40,000 bases of DNA. It comes from an uncultured Burkholderiaceae bacterium. GTDB lineage: Bacteria; Pseudomonadota; Gammaproteobacteria; Burkholderiales; Burkholderiaceae_F. Position numbers and translations under genes: made by a program. The stretch is taken from contig CALXQR010000003.1 in assembly GCA_944390675.1 (NCBI GenBank), positions 123,896 to 163,895 of the forward strand, in the 5' to 3' direction. Under the pieces are notes generated by a model. That model was not told the DNA's origin and made no database searches. It worked only from the letters and a program-made list of their open reading frames with translations. Shown here one piece after another: positions 15,931 to 23,877 of the stretch (position 1 is the stretch's first letter; each line of letters opens with the position of its first letter).

Positions 15931-17429
15931 GTATTTATGACGAACTAATGAAACGCTTTGAGCGAGGCAAAGACGGCAAGCTCAAGTTTCGCATGTTTGC
16001 TGGCGCAAAAGGCGGACGGCTGACTAATGATTGGGCTGCCGGCGGCACGTCTCAGGATAGTGAGTTATTCACGAGCCTGGCAGCGCTTAGAAATCGGTCC
16101 CGGCAGATGATTCGGGACAATCCGCACGCTGCAAACCTGCAGCGCATTGTGATTGACAATGTGGTGGGCACTGGTATTGGCCTGCAGGCTCAGGTAACAA
16201 AGCGCGATGGATCTCCGGATCAATCGGTTAACGATCAAATCGAAGAGGCTTGGCAGCGGTGGTGTGAAAAAGATACCTGCCACACTGCCGGGCAGCTTGG
16301 CATGACCGAGCTTTTGCGCATGGCTATCGGTGGCGTGTTTCAGGACGGTGAGGCCATCATCCGGAAAGTACGCCGGCCTTTTGGTCAAGGTCGAATTCCG
16401 TTTGCCTTGGAGGTGATTGAACCGGATTTGCTTTTGGACCATGGCGTGGGCACATACATGGGGCAAGCCGGCAACACGATACGTTTTGGCGTTGAAGTTG
16501 ATCAGTGGCAGCGTCCCGTCGCCTATTGGATGAGGCGCTTTCACCCGGGGGACTTTGCCTATGCGGGTGAGATTCATCGAGAGGCCATGCGCCGGATTCC
16601 TGCAAAGGACATCGAGCACTTGCACTTGGTTTCCCGGTGGCCGCAAACGAGAGGCGTCCCTTGGATGCACATGGTTATCCGCAGGTTGCGGGATATGGGC
16701 GGCTACACCGAAAGCGAACTGACGGCAGCTCGAGCGGCGGCAAACATCATGGGTTTTGTGCAGCAAAGTCTGGACACGTTGGACCCGAGTGATTTCGACA
16801 AACTCAAGAAAGTTGATCGCTTCATCAAAAGTGAGCCGGGAACATTCCAGCGATTGCTCCCAGGTGAAACTTTTAACGGCTTTGCTCCAAGTCGGCCCAA
16901 TGCACAGCTCGATGGCTTTATGCGCTACATGCTGCGCGAGGTTGCTTCTGGTGTTGGCGTTTCGTATGAGTCTCTGAGCCGCGATTACAGCCAGAGCAAC
17001 TACTCTTCGAGCCGTCTGGCGCTGCTTGATGACCGCAATCAATGGAGAGTGCTGCAAAGTTGGTTGATCCGCAATTACTTGCATGACATTTACCGAGAGT
17101 GGCTTGATGCTGCAGTAATTAGCGGAGCGGTTCGGATTCCCGACTATTTCAACCGCAAGGAGCACTACCAAAAGGTGCGCTTCAAGCCGCGTGGATGGTC
17201 CTGGGTGGATCCGCAAAAGGAAGTGCAGGCTTACGTGTTGGCTGTTCAGCACGGCTTCATGTCCCGCAGTGATGTGATTGCCGCAATTGGCAACGGCCAA
17301 GATCGTGAGGATGTTGACAAGATGATCAAGAGCGATCGGGAGCGAGCGAAGGCATTAGGGCTTGATTTCGATACCGAAACAATCAAAGAGCAGTCAACAG
17401 GAAATGGCGAAACAGAAACCGGTGAATGA
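15927..17429 (+). CDS. Portal protein, lambda (gpB) family
   Basis: ALRNRSRQMIRDNPHAANLQRIVIDNVVGTGIGLQAQ is typical of Phage_portal_2. 500 aa, with an ATGA overlap with the upstream gene. Confidence 0.9.
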   Translation: MSIYDELMKRFERGKDGKLKFRMFAGAKGGRLTNDWAAGGTSQDSELFTSLAALRNRSRQMIRDNPHAANLQRIVIDNVVGTGIGLQAQVTKRDGSPDQSVNDQIEEAWQRWCEKDTCHTAGQLGMTELLRMAIGGVFQDGEAIIRKVRRPFGQGRIPFALEVIEPDLLLDHGVGTYMGQAGNTIRFGVEVDQWQRPVAYWMRRFHPGDFAYAGEIHREAMRRIPAKDIEHLHLVSRWPQTRGVPWMHMVIRRLRDMGGYTESELTAARAAANIMGFVQQSLDTLDPSDFDKLKKVDRFIKSEPGTFQRLLPGETFNGFAPSRPNAQLDGFMRYMLREVASGVGVSYESLSRDYSQSNYSSSRLALLDDRNQWRVLQSWLIRNYLHDIYREWLDAAVISGAVRIPDYFNRKEHYQKVRFKPRGWSWVDPQKEVQAYVLAVQHGFMSRSDVIAAIGNGQDREDVDKMIKSDRERAKALGLDFDTETIKEQSTGNGETETGE

Positions 17430-17454
17430 GCCGGTTTTTTATTAGGGGGAAAAG

Positions 17455-19341
17455 ATGCCCAAAGAACTTAGATTCCGATCGCTGGCGGTCGCTGAGTCGG
17501 AGGTCAATGAGGAAAGCCGCACAGTGCGTTTTCCGGTGGCCTCTGATACGCCGGTGGATGTCGGATATGGGACTGAAACGCTTAGCCACGACATTGGGGC
17601 TATGCGCAACGGTGAGCGGCAGCAGTCGATGTCGCTTTTGTTTAACCACGATCGAGACAAGCTTTTGGGTGTGGTTGAGCGGCTCGAGCAGGATGAGCAC
17701 CGAACCTATGCAACGGTTCGATTTGCAAAAACTGACGAGGCGCAGCGGGCTTTTGAGCTCGTGAAGGACCGCATTCTGGTCAATGTCTCGTGCGGTTATC
17801 GCGTCTATGCCTTTGACCAGTCGAGGGATGGCACGAAGTTTTTAGCAAAAGACTGGGAAATTTATGAAGTCTCCCTGGTAACTGTGCCGGCCGACACGTC
17901 GGTGGGTGTTTACCGGAGTTTGAGTGATCCTAATGAAGGAGAAAAAGCAATGACGACGAGTCAACAGCCCGGCAAGAATGGGGCGGCCGGAGATCCCAAG
18001 CCCGCAGATATTGATGTCGAAAAAGTGCGCAGTGCCGAGCGCAAAGCCGAACGTGAGCGCATCCAGGCAATCGAAACGATGTGCCGTGATTTCAACGTGC
18101 CTCTCGAGCAGCGCCAGAAGCTGATCAATGAAGGGCACTCGATCGATGAGGCTCGAGCCATGGTTATGGAAACGATTCGTGGCCGTAGCGCCAATCCCAC
18201 CGGTGATTCGAGCCGTGCACACAATGACTTTGACATTGGTCTGAGCGAAACCGAACGCAGCCGTTACAGTCTGGTGCGCGCCTTAAATGCGGCTTTGACG
18301 AACGATTGGCGTCAGGCCGGATTCGAGCGCGAAGTGTCCCAGGAATTGGCCCGCCGTATGCAGCGCGATACCGCAGGCTTTTTTATGCCGACCAACATCA
18401 CGTTGGGTCGCCGTGACGATCCTACGCCTGGCTACTTTGCAAGTCCTGCAACCCAGGGCGGAAATTTGATTGCTACGCAGCTTTTGACTGGTTCCTTTAT
18501 CGAAGCGTTGCGAGCTCGAGCCATGGTGATGCGCTTGGGTGCCACGCTTTTGACAGGCCTTGTCGGCAATGTTGAGATCCCGCGCCAAAGCGGCGTTTCC
18601 ACGGTTTCTTGGATTTCGGAAACCGGTACGGTGACAGGCACCAATGCGACTTTCGACAAGGTTCCTTTGTCCATGAAGACGGTTGCGGCAAAGTCTTTCA
18701 TTTCCCGCAATATGCTCAAGCAGGCCTCTTTGGATGTGGAGCTCTTTGTACGCAATGAGTTGATCACTTCAATTGCTTTGGGCGTGGATTCTGCGTGCTT
18801 GATCGGCACCGGCAGCAACGGTCAACCTAAGGGCATTTTCAACCAGACCAATGTCGGTAAGGTAGGCGGCACGACCGGCACGGATCTGAGCTTTGATCTC
18901 TTGATCGACATGGAAACCCAGGTTGCGGCAGCCAATGTGGTCGGCGATGCCATGGCTTACATGTGCAACGCCCGCACCATCGGAGCGCTCAAGAAACTCA
19001 AGGATGACAACGGCCAGTATCTCTGGAAGTCGATCGACAAGGGATTTGCCAACGGTACACCCGGCGAAGTCAATGGCTATCCGGTTGCTCGCAGCAATCA
19101 GCTTCGCTCCAACATCACTGTTGGTGAGTCGCCTAGCCAAAAGACCTGCTCTGAACTTGTGTTCGGCAACTGGTCTGACATCGTGATCGGCGAATGGGGC
19201 GTGGTTGAGCTCTTGCCCAATCCGTTCTCTGCAACGGCCTATGACAATGGCGGCGTGGAAATCCGCGCGCTGCAGTCGCTTGATGTGGCCGTGCGTCATC
19301 CGGAAAGCTTCTGTATTTTCAATGACGCCGTTTTGGCTTAA
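17455..19341 (+). CDS. Fusion of HK97-type prohead protease (S78/U35), scaffold-like linker and HK97-family major capsid protein
   Basis: N-terminal LLFNHDRDKLLGVVE...ILVNVSCGYRV...WEIYEVSLVTVPADTSVGV carries the protease His/Ser motifs. The middle is a coiled linker, EKVRSAERKAERERIQAIE. The C-terminal ~400 aa have capsid motifs (GGNLIATQLL...VEIPRQSG...WISETG...). Confidence 0.85.
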   Translation: MPKELRFRSLAVAESEVNEESRTVRFPVASDTPVDVGYGTETLSHDIGAMRNGERQQSMSLLFNHDRDKLLGVVERLEQDEHRTYATVRFAKTDEAQRAFELVKDRILVNVSCGYRVYAFDQSRDGTKFLAKDWEIYEVSLVTVPADTSVGVYRSLSDPNEGEKAMTTSQQPGKNGAAGDPKPADIDVEKVRSAERKAERERIQAIETMCRDFNVPLEQRQKLINEGHSIDEARAMVMETIRGRSANPTGDSSRAHNDFDIGLSETERSRYSLVRALNAALTNDWRQAGFEREVSQELARRMQRDTAGFFMPTNITLGRRDDPTPGYFASPATQGGNLIATQLLTGSFIEALRARAMVMRLGATLLTGLVGNVEIPRQSGVSTVSWISETGTVTGTNATFDKVPLSMKTVAAKSFISRNMLKQASLDVELFVRNELITSIALGVDSACLIGTGSNGQPKGIFNQTNVGKVGGTTGTDLSFDLLIDMETQVAAANVVGDAMAYMCNARTIGALKKLKDDNGQYLWKSIDKGFANGTPGEVNGYPVARSNQLRSNITVGESPSQKTCSELVFGNWSDIVIGEWGVVELLPNPFSATAYDNGGVEIRALQSLDVAVRHPESFCIFNDAVLA

Positions 19342-19385
19342 TCCATGAGCGAAGGGGCCGCAAGGTCCCTTCAAACGGAGATCTC

Positions 19386-19700
19386 ATGAGCTACTTCAAA
19401 GACATGGTGGCTGCGGATGTCAAACGGATTTTTCTCAATCCGGATGAGTTTGCGGAAAAACACAACATTGACGGCAAAGAGATCTTGTGCGTGCTGGACA
19501 AAAACATCAACTCAGATCCGACTCTGGCAAAGGCCTTGGGCGTCTATTCCAACACGGTCACGCTTTACGTGAGCGGGAAGGATATGGAGGTGCCGAAGGC
19601 AACTGGATCAATCCGAATTGATGGCAGTGTGCACCTTGTGGTGAGTGCTGGCGTTGAGTCGGGAATGATTGTCATCGTGGCCGAGGAGCGCAGATCATGA
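19386..19700 (+). CDS. Head-tail attachment protein (lambda gpFII-like pattern)
   Basis: 104 aa. FLNPDEFAEKHNIDGKEILCVLD...IRIDGSVHLVVSAGVESGMIVIV parallels the gpFII layout. Located after the capsid gene. Confidence 0.45.
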   Translation: MSYFKDMVAADVKRIFLNPDEFAEKHNIDGKEILCVLDKNINSDPTLAKALGVYSNTVTLYVSGKDMEVPKATGSIRIDGSVHLVVSAGVESGMIVIVAEERRS

Positions 19701-20302
19701 AAATCCAACTCCAAGCCGATGAGGCAAAGCTAAAGACTCTCAGAGACTTGCTTGCCAGCGTTCCCAAAGGCATCGAGAAGGCCACTATGAGGGCCGTTAA
19801 TCGCGCTTTGAGCTCCGGCAAGGCACAGATCTCTCGCGACGTTAGAAAGGCCTTTACGGTGCGATCTGACGCGATTGGTGAGACTGTGAAGGAGCGCAAG
19901 GCGACGCTTGCCAATCTTTCCGGCGAATTGAGTTCAAAAGGCAGCAGACTGCCTTTGAGAGCGTTTAAGCACACGCCGACGGACGCCAGTACAACCGGCG
20001 GCAACCGCAAGCCGGTGCGCGTTACGGTGAAAAAAGGTCAATCGTTTGATCTGCAGCGAGGCTTCAAGTGGAAAGGCCACATTTTCGAGCGAAACGAAAA
20101 TGCGCCCCGAACAAGGGTGTATCAGGATCGACGAAACGGCCGCAAGCGCCTGGGAGCTCCGATTGAGAAAAAGTTTGACCGCGCTGTGCCGCAAATGATT
20201 GAGGAGGTGGCAGTGCAGAGTGTGCAGGCAAAGATGCAGGACGTGATGCAAAAGCGACTGGATCATGAGGCCCGGCAGCTGTTGAAAGGATCATCCAAAT
20301 GA
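19697..20302 (+). CDS. Tail completion protein, lambda gpZ-like
   Basis: MRAVNRALSSGKAQISRDVRKAFTVRSDAIGETVKERKAT parallels lambda gpZ AINRVASSAISQSASQVARETKVRRKLVKERARLKRAT. Confidence 0.6.
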   Translation: MKIQLQADEAKLKTLRDLLASVPKGIEKATMRAVNRALSSGKAQISRDVRKAFTVRSDAIGETVKERKATLANLSGELSSKGSRLPLRAFKHTPTDASTTGGNRKPVRVTVKKGQSFDLQRGFKWKGHIFERNENAPRTRVYQDRRNGRKRLGAPIEKKFDRAVPQMIEEVAVQSVQAKMQDVMQKRLDHEARQLLKGSSK

Positions 20303-20808
20303 TTGAGGTTTTGCTTTGCAAGGCGCTGCGTGATGAGGTGGAAAAGGCGCTCAAAAACGTAGTGTTGAAAAACCCAAAAGGAGAACTTGTCCATCCGGCG
20401 GTGATCAATGGCTTTCTGCCTCCAAACAACCGCAGCGAGAGCGACTATCCGTGCGTGGTGATTGCCTTTGAGAGCTCGAGCGCTGACCAGGAAACAACAG
20501 AGGTTGAGGTGCGAATTTCGATTTGCACTTACGACGAATGCTTGGATTCTGATGGCAAAGAGCTCTATCCAATCAAAGCGCACGAGGATGGCCTCAATGC
20601 GGCCTCCCGCATCCGGCTGGCGTTGAAAACGCTGCCCAATGGTTTGCTGGCCAGGCGCTACGTGCTGCAGCTGCCGATCGAGGTGCAAAACACCGACATT
20701 GATGACTATCCGTATTGGCAGGTCAACATGAAAACGCGCTGGCTGATGCGCAATCCGCATCCGATCACTGATTTCACGGGGGATTTTGATGGAGTTAAGA
20801 AAACGTAA
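20299..20808 (+). CDS. Virion structural protein, function unassigned (neck/tail terminator position)
   Basis: 169-aa ORF with an ATGA overlap with the upstream gene. Located before the sheath gene. Confidence 0.5.
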   Translation: MIEVLLCKALRDEVEKALKNVVLKNPKGELVHPAVINGFLPPNNRSESDYPCVVIAFESSSADQETTEVEVRISICTYDECLDSDGKELYPIKAHEDGLNAASRIRLALKTLPNGLLARRYVLQLPIEVQNTDIDDYPYWQVNMKTRWLMRNPHPITDFTGDFDGVKKT

Positions 20809-21040
20809 AAAACGAAGGGCTGTTGTTTACATCGGCCCTTCGCTCAAAGGGCTTGTGAAGCACACGGTTTTTCTTTCCGGTGACTACACGGCTCCGGTCA
20901 AAAGCTTGATTGAGAAGTACCCGAATATTGCGCACTTGATGGTGCCGGTTGAAGGTCTGCAGCAAGCTCGAAAGGATGTGAACCGTAAAGGACACATCCT
21001 CAATTTTTATCTGACGAATCTTTTTAAAAGTAAGGAGTAA
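20789..21040 (+). CDS. Hypothetical protein (83 aa)
   Basis: ORF between structural genes; starts at ATG 20789. Confidence 0.45.
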   Translation: MELRKRKKRRAVVYIGPSLKGLVKHTVFLSGDYTAPVKSLIEKYPNIAHLMVPVEGLQQARKDVNRKGHILNFYLTNLFKSKE

Positions 21041-21046
21041 AGAATC

Positions 21047-22525
21047 ATGGCCTATAACCATGGTGTGAAGGTTTCGGAGGTTGCGACCTCCGTGCTGCCT
21101 CCGGTGACCGTTTCGGCCGGTGTTCCCTTCATTGTGGGTTGCGCTCCGGTCAACATGACCGATCCGACAAACGTCAATCGCCCTGTGATGTGCTCGAGTT
21201 ATGAGGAAGTCGTGGCGGCGTTTGGGTTTGTGCCGGCGGAGCTTGATGCGACAAGTGGGTTGAAAAAGTACGCCTACTCGATCTCTGAGTTTGCCTATGC
21301 CCAGTTTTCGCTTTTTGGCGTTGGTCCGGCCATTATCGTCAATGTGCTGGATCCGACGAAGCACAAAAAGTCTGCCGATACCAAAACGGTCACGCTCGAT
21401 GCTAAAACGGGCGCTGCGACGGTGGCGGAAACCGGCATTTTGCCCTCGAGCGTGGTGCTCAAAAACAATGAGACGACTTACACGCTCGATGAGGATTATG
21501 CCCTCACGTTCGACAGCGACGGTTACTTGGTCATCACGTCCTTGCAGGGCGACGATGAGTTTAAGTGTGCGGTGGGCACCGCCTTGACGCTGACGGCTGA
21601 AAAGCTTGATCCGAGTCTGGTTGATGAGGATGACATTGTGGGTGGCGTCAGCACTGCCGGCGTTAAGAGCGGCTTTGAGCTTGTCAACGATGTCTTCCCG
21701 AAATTCCGTTTGGTGCCAGGCATTCTGCTTGCTCCGGGATTCTCGGACAATGCCACAGTGGCCGCCATCATGGCGGCAAAATGTGTCGGCATCAACGAGC
21801 ATTTTTCTGCGGTGAGCGTGATCGATGTCCCCACAAAGACGGTGAAAAACTACACCGATGTGGCTGCCTGGAAAAACAACAATAACGTTGTGGATCCTCG
21901 GCAGATTTGCTGCTGGCCGATGGTGGCGCTCGATGACACGGTGTATCACCTTTCGACTCAGGTGGCTGCACTGTTGGGCCGCACTGATGGTGAAAACGAT
22001 GATGTGCCTTACGTGAGCCCATCCAACAAAACGCTGCAGATGACAGCAACAGTGCTCGATGATGGCTCTGAGGTAACGCTTGGTCCGGATACCGGAGCCT
22101 ACCTTAATAGCCAGGGCGTCGTGACGGCCTTGAACTTTATCGGCGGCTGGGTCTGCTGGGGCAATCGCACAGCGTGCTATCCGGGCAATACCGATGTCAA
22201 GGATGCGTTCATTCCGATTCGTCGTATGTTTGGCTGGATCGGCAATACGCTGGTGCAAACCTTCTGGCAGCGTGTGGATGCGCCGCTTAACCGCCGTCAG
22301 ATCGACACCATTTTGGACTCGGCCAATATCTGGCTTAATGGATTGGCTGCCAAGCAGTACATCCTGGGCGGACGGGTCGAATTTTTGGAAACTGAAAACG
22401 CTACAACGGATTTGATGGACGGCATTGCGCGTTTCCATGTGTTTGTCACACCGCCTTCGCCCAATCGTGAAATTGATTTCGTTGTTGAGTACGACGTTTC
22501 GTATCTTGAAACGCTGTTTGGGTAA
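21047..22525 (+). CDS. Contractile tail sheath protein (P2 FI-like)
   Basis: MAYNHGVKVSEVATSV... parallels P2 FI MSDYHHGVQVLEI.... 492 aa, AAGGAG RBS. Confidence 0.9.
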   Translation: MAYNHGVKVSEVATSVLPPVTVSAGVPFIVGCAPVNMTDPTNVNRPVMCSSYEEVVAAFGFVPAELDATSGLKKYAYSISEFAYAQFSLFGVGPAIIVNVLDPTKHKKSADTKTVTLDAKTGAATVAETGILPSSVVLKNNETTYTLDEDYALTFDSDGYLVITSLQGDDEFKCAVGTALTLTAEKLDPSLVDEDDIVGGVSTAGVKSGFELVNDVFPKFRLVPGILLAPGFSDNATVAAIMAAKCVGINEHFSAVSVIDVPTKTVKNYTDVAAWKNNNNVVDPRQICCWPMVALDDTVYHLSTQVAALLGRTDGENDDVPYVSPSNKTLQMTATVLDDGSEVTLGPDTGAYLNSQGVVTALNFIGGWVCWGNRTACYPGNTDVKDAFIPIRRMFGWIGNTLVQTFWQRVDAPLNRRQIDTILDSANIWLNGLAAKQYILGGRVEFLETENATTDLMDGIARFHVFVTPPSPNREIDFVVEYDVSYLETLFG

Positions 22526-22537
22526 TTGGAGGGGATC

Positions 22538-23071
22538 ATGGCGAACGGAGCCAATCAAATCATTGAGCGTGTGGTCAATGCCGCCGTTTTCAATGAAGCA
22601 GGAAAGTTTTTGGGTATTGCGTCAATTGATTTGCCGCAGATCCAAGCGATGGCAGACACCGTAAGCGGTGCCGGTATTGCCGGGGAAGTTGAGTCGCCTG
22701 TTTTGGGTCACTTCCAGGCAATGACGACAACCTTTCACTGGCGCTCGATTGAGCCGGATGCGGTCGCGCTTTGCGAGCAGCGTGCTCACCAAGTGGATTG
22801 CCGTGCTTCGCAGCAGGTGACGGAAACAGCAACCGGTGAAATCACCACGATGCCGGTACGGACTACGATGAAAATCATTCCGAAGTCCTTCAACATGGGC
22901 AGTCTGCAGCCGGGTACGGCAACCGACAGCGAGCAGGAGTTTGAGGTGATTTACATCAAACTCTTTGTGGGTGGTGCTGAGGTGCTTGAAATTGATAAGT
23001 ACAACTTTGTGTGCCGAATCAATGGAAACGACTTGCTTGCCTCGGTGCGAAGCGATTTGGGATTGAACTAA
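22538..23071 (+). CDS. Tail tube protein (P2 FII-like)
   Basis: The C-terminus LFVGGAEVLEIDKYNFVCRINGNDLLASVRSDLGLN parallels P2 FII ...MDGKELVEIDTINMIEKVNGVDRLEQHRRNIGL. GGAGGGG RBS before ATG 22538. Confidence 0.85.
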   Translation: MANGANQIIERVVNAAVFNEAGKFLGIASIDLPQIQAMADTVSGAGIAGEVESPVLGHFQAMTTTFHWRSIEPDAVALCEQRAHQVDCRASQQVTETATGEITTMPVRTTMKIIPKSFNMGSLQPGTATDSEQEFEVIYIKLFVGGAEVLEIDKYNFVCRINGNDLLASVRSDLGLN

Positions 23072-23110
23072 CTAAAGGGCCCGGGGCGGAAACGTCTCGG
23101 GCAAATTGAA

Positions 23111-23509
23111 ATGAACTCTCCAACTTTCAAACTTACCCGTCCGGTTGAATTTGAGGGCGAAACCTACAAAGAATTGCGGTTTGATTTTGAGGCCATGAGC
23201 GGCCGCGATGTGGTTGCAGCTAAAAGGGAATTTGAACAGCGAAACCCGTTGCTGCAGAAGTCTGTGATTGCGATGGACACGGATTTCGCGGCTTGCTTTG
23301 CCGCTCGTGCAGCCAAGGTGCCGGTTGGTCTGTTCGATCACGTGAGCGCCCCGGACTACATCGGGATTACTCAGTCGGCCATCAATTTTTTGCTCTTTTC
23401 CGGTCTCCTGTCAGCCGAATTTCAAGAAATGAAAAAGGCGCGAGAGGCCGTCGTAGAAGAGATGAGCAAACAGACATCGACAGAACCCTCTGGGACATCC
23501 GCATCTTAG
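23111..23509 (+). CDS. Tail assembly chaperone gpE-like
   Basis: 132 aa, between the tube and tape measure genes. FKLTRPVEFEGETYKELRFDFEAMSGRDVVAAKREFE is typical of P2 E-type chaperones. Confidence 0.8.
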   Translation: MNSPTFKLTRPVEFEGETYKELRFDFEAMSGRDVVAAKREFEQRNPLLQKSVIAMDTDFAACFAARAAKVPVGLFDHVSAPDYIGITQSAINFLLFSGLLSAEFQEMKKAREAVVEEMSKQTSTEPSGTSAS

Positions 23510-23652
23510 GGCTAAAGCTGGTTTGGGCCGGTGCCGGAGGCAGTGCTCTGGAGTGGTTCGGTGTGCCGATTGTTGAGCTTTATCAGTGGAGCTACCACGT
23601 GGCTATGGAGCAGCAGCGGCAGGAAAAGGGCAATGCTAACCGAAAAAGATGA
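23111..23652 (+). CDS. gpE+E'-like -1 frameshift extension product
   Basis: The -1 frame ORF (track 23293-23652) overlaps gpE and extends 143 nt past its stop. Slippery T_TTT_TTG lies at 23386-23392 in the correct phase (AAT TTT TTG). The E'-like tail is ALEWFGVPIVELYQWSYHVAMEQQRQE. Confidence 0.65.
23386..23392 (+). promoter_or_regulatory. Programmed -1 ribosomal frameshift heptamer TTTTTTG
   Basis: The zero-frame codons AAT TTT TTG give X_XXY_YYZ = T_TTT_TTG, the same heptamer type used by P2 E/E+E'. Confidence 0.7.
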
Positions 23653-23842
23653 CGACGGCCGGGAAGAAAAGAAAGAGCGCAATGATCCCAATTAGGACAA
23701 TGATGTTCTCAAAATGTTCCCAGAAAACGCCGAATTTTGATTTAGGAGTGGGAGCAAGAACATCAAGCCAGCAATAACCGCCGCCGTACCATTTGTGGCG
23801 CTCCCAGTGTGGGCAATTTCTACAGTATTTCCTTTGGCACAT
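23636..23842 (-). CDS. Small Cys/Trp-rich membrane protein (68 aa), antisense to the tail operon
   Basis: MCQRKYCRNCPHWERHKWYGGGYCW... plus a C-terminal TM helix IIVLIGIIALFLFFPAVVIFF. GAGGAG RBS 9 nt upstream. Confidence 0.45.
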   Translation of the reverse strand: MCQRKYCRNCPHWERHKWYGGGYCWLDVLAPTPKSKFGVFWEHFENIIVLIGIIALFLFFPAVVIFFG

Positions 23843-23877
23843 TTTTGACGACTCCTCTCATTTGATTGTACAAAAAA

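Noticed and set aside
16065-17300. 411-aa minus-strand ORF
   Set aside because: It is antisense to the lambda-type portal gene and has no motif or RBS context. It is a shadow ORF. The same reasoning applies to 6773-7429, 8538-9425, 14942-15487, 18769-19374, 20263-20760 and 24462-25112 on the minus strand.
20795-22558. 587-aa minus-strand ORF, the longest single ORF on that strand
   Set aside because: It is fully antisense to the tail sheath gene and the small gene before it, which have clear family resemblance and coupled starts. Its product is Arg/His-rich with no recognisable motif. It is a shadow ORF of a GC-biased coding region.
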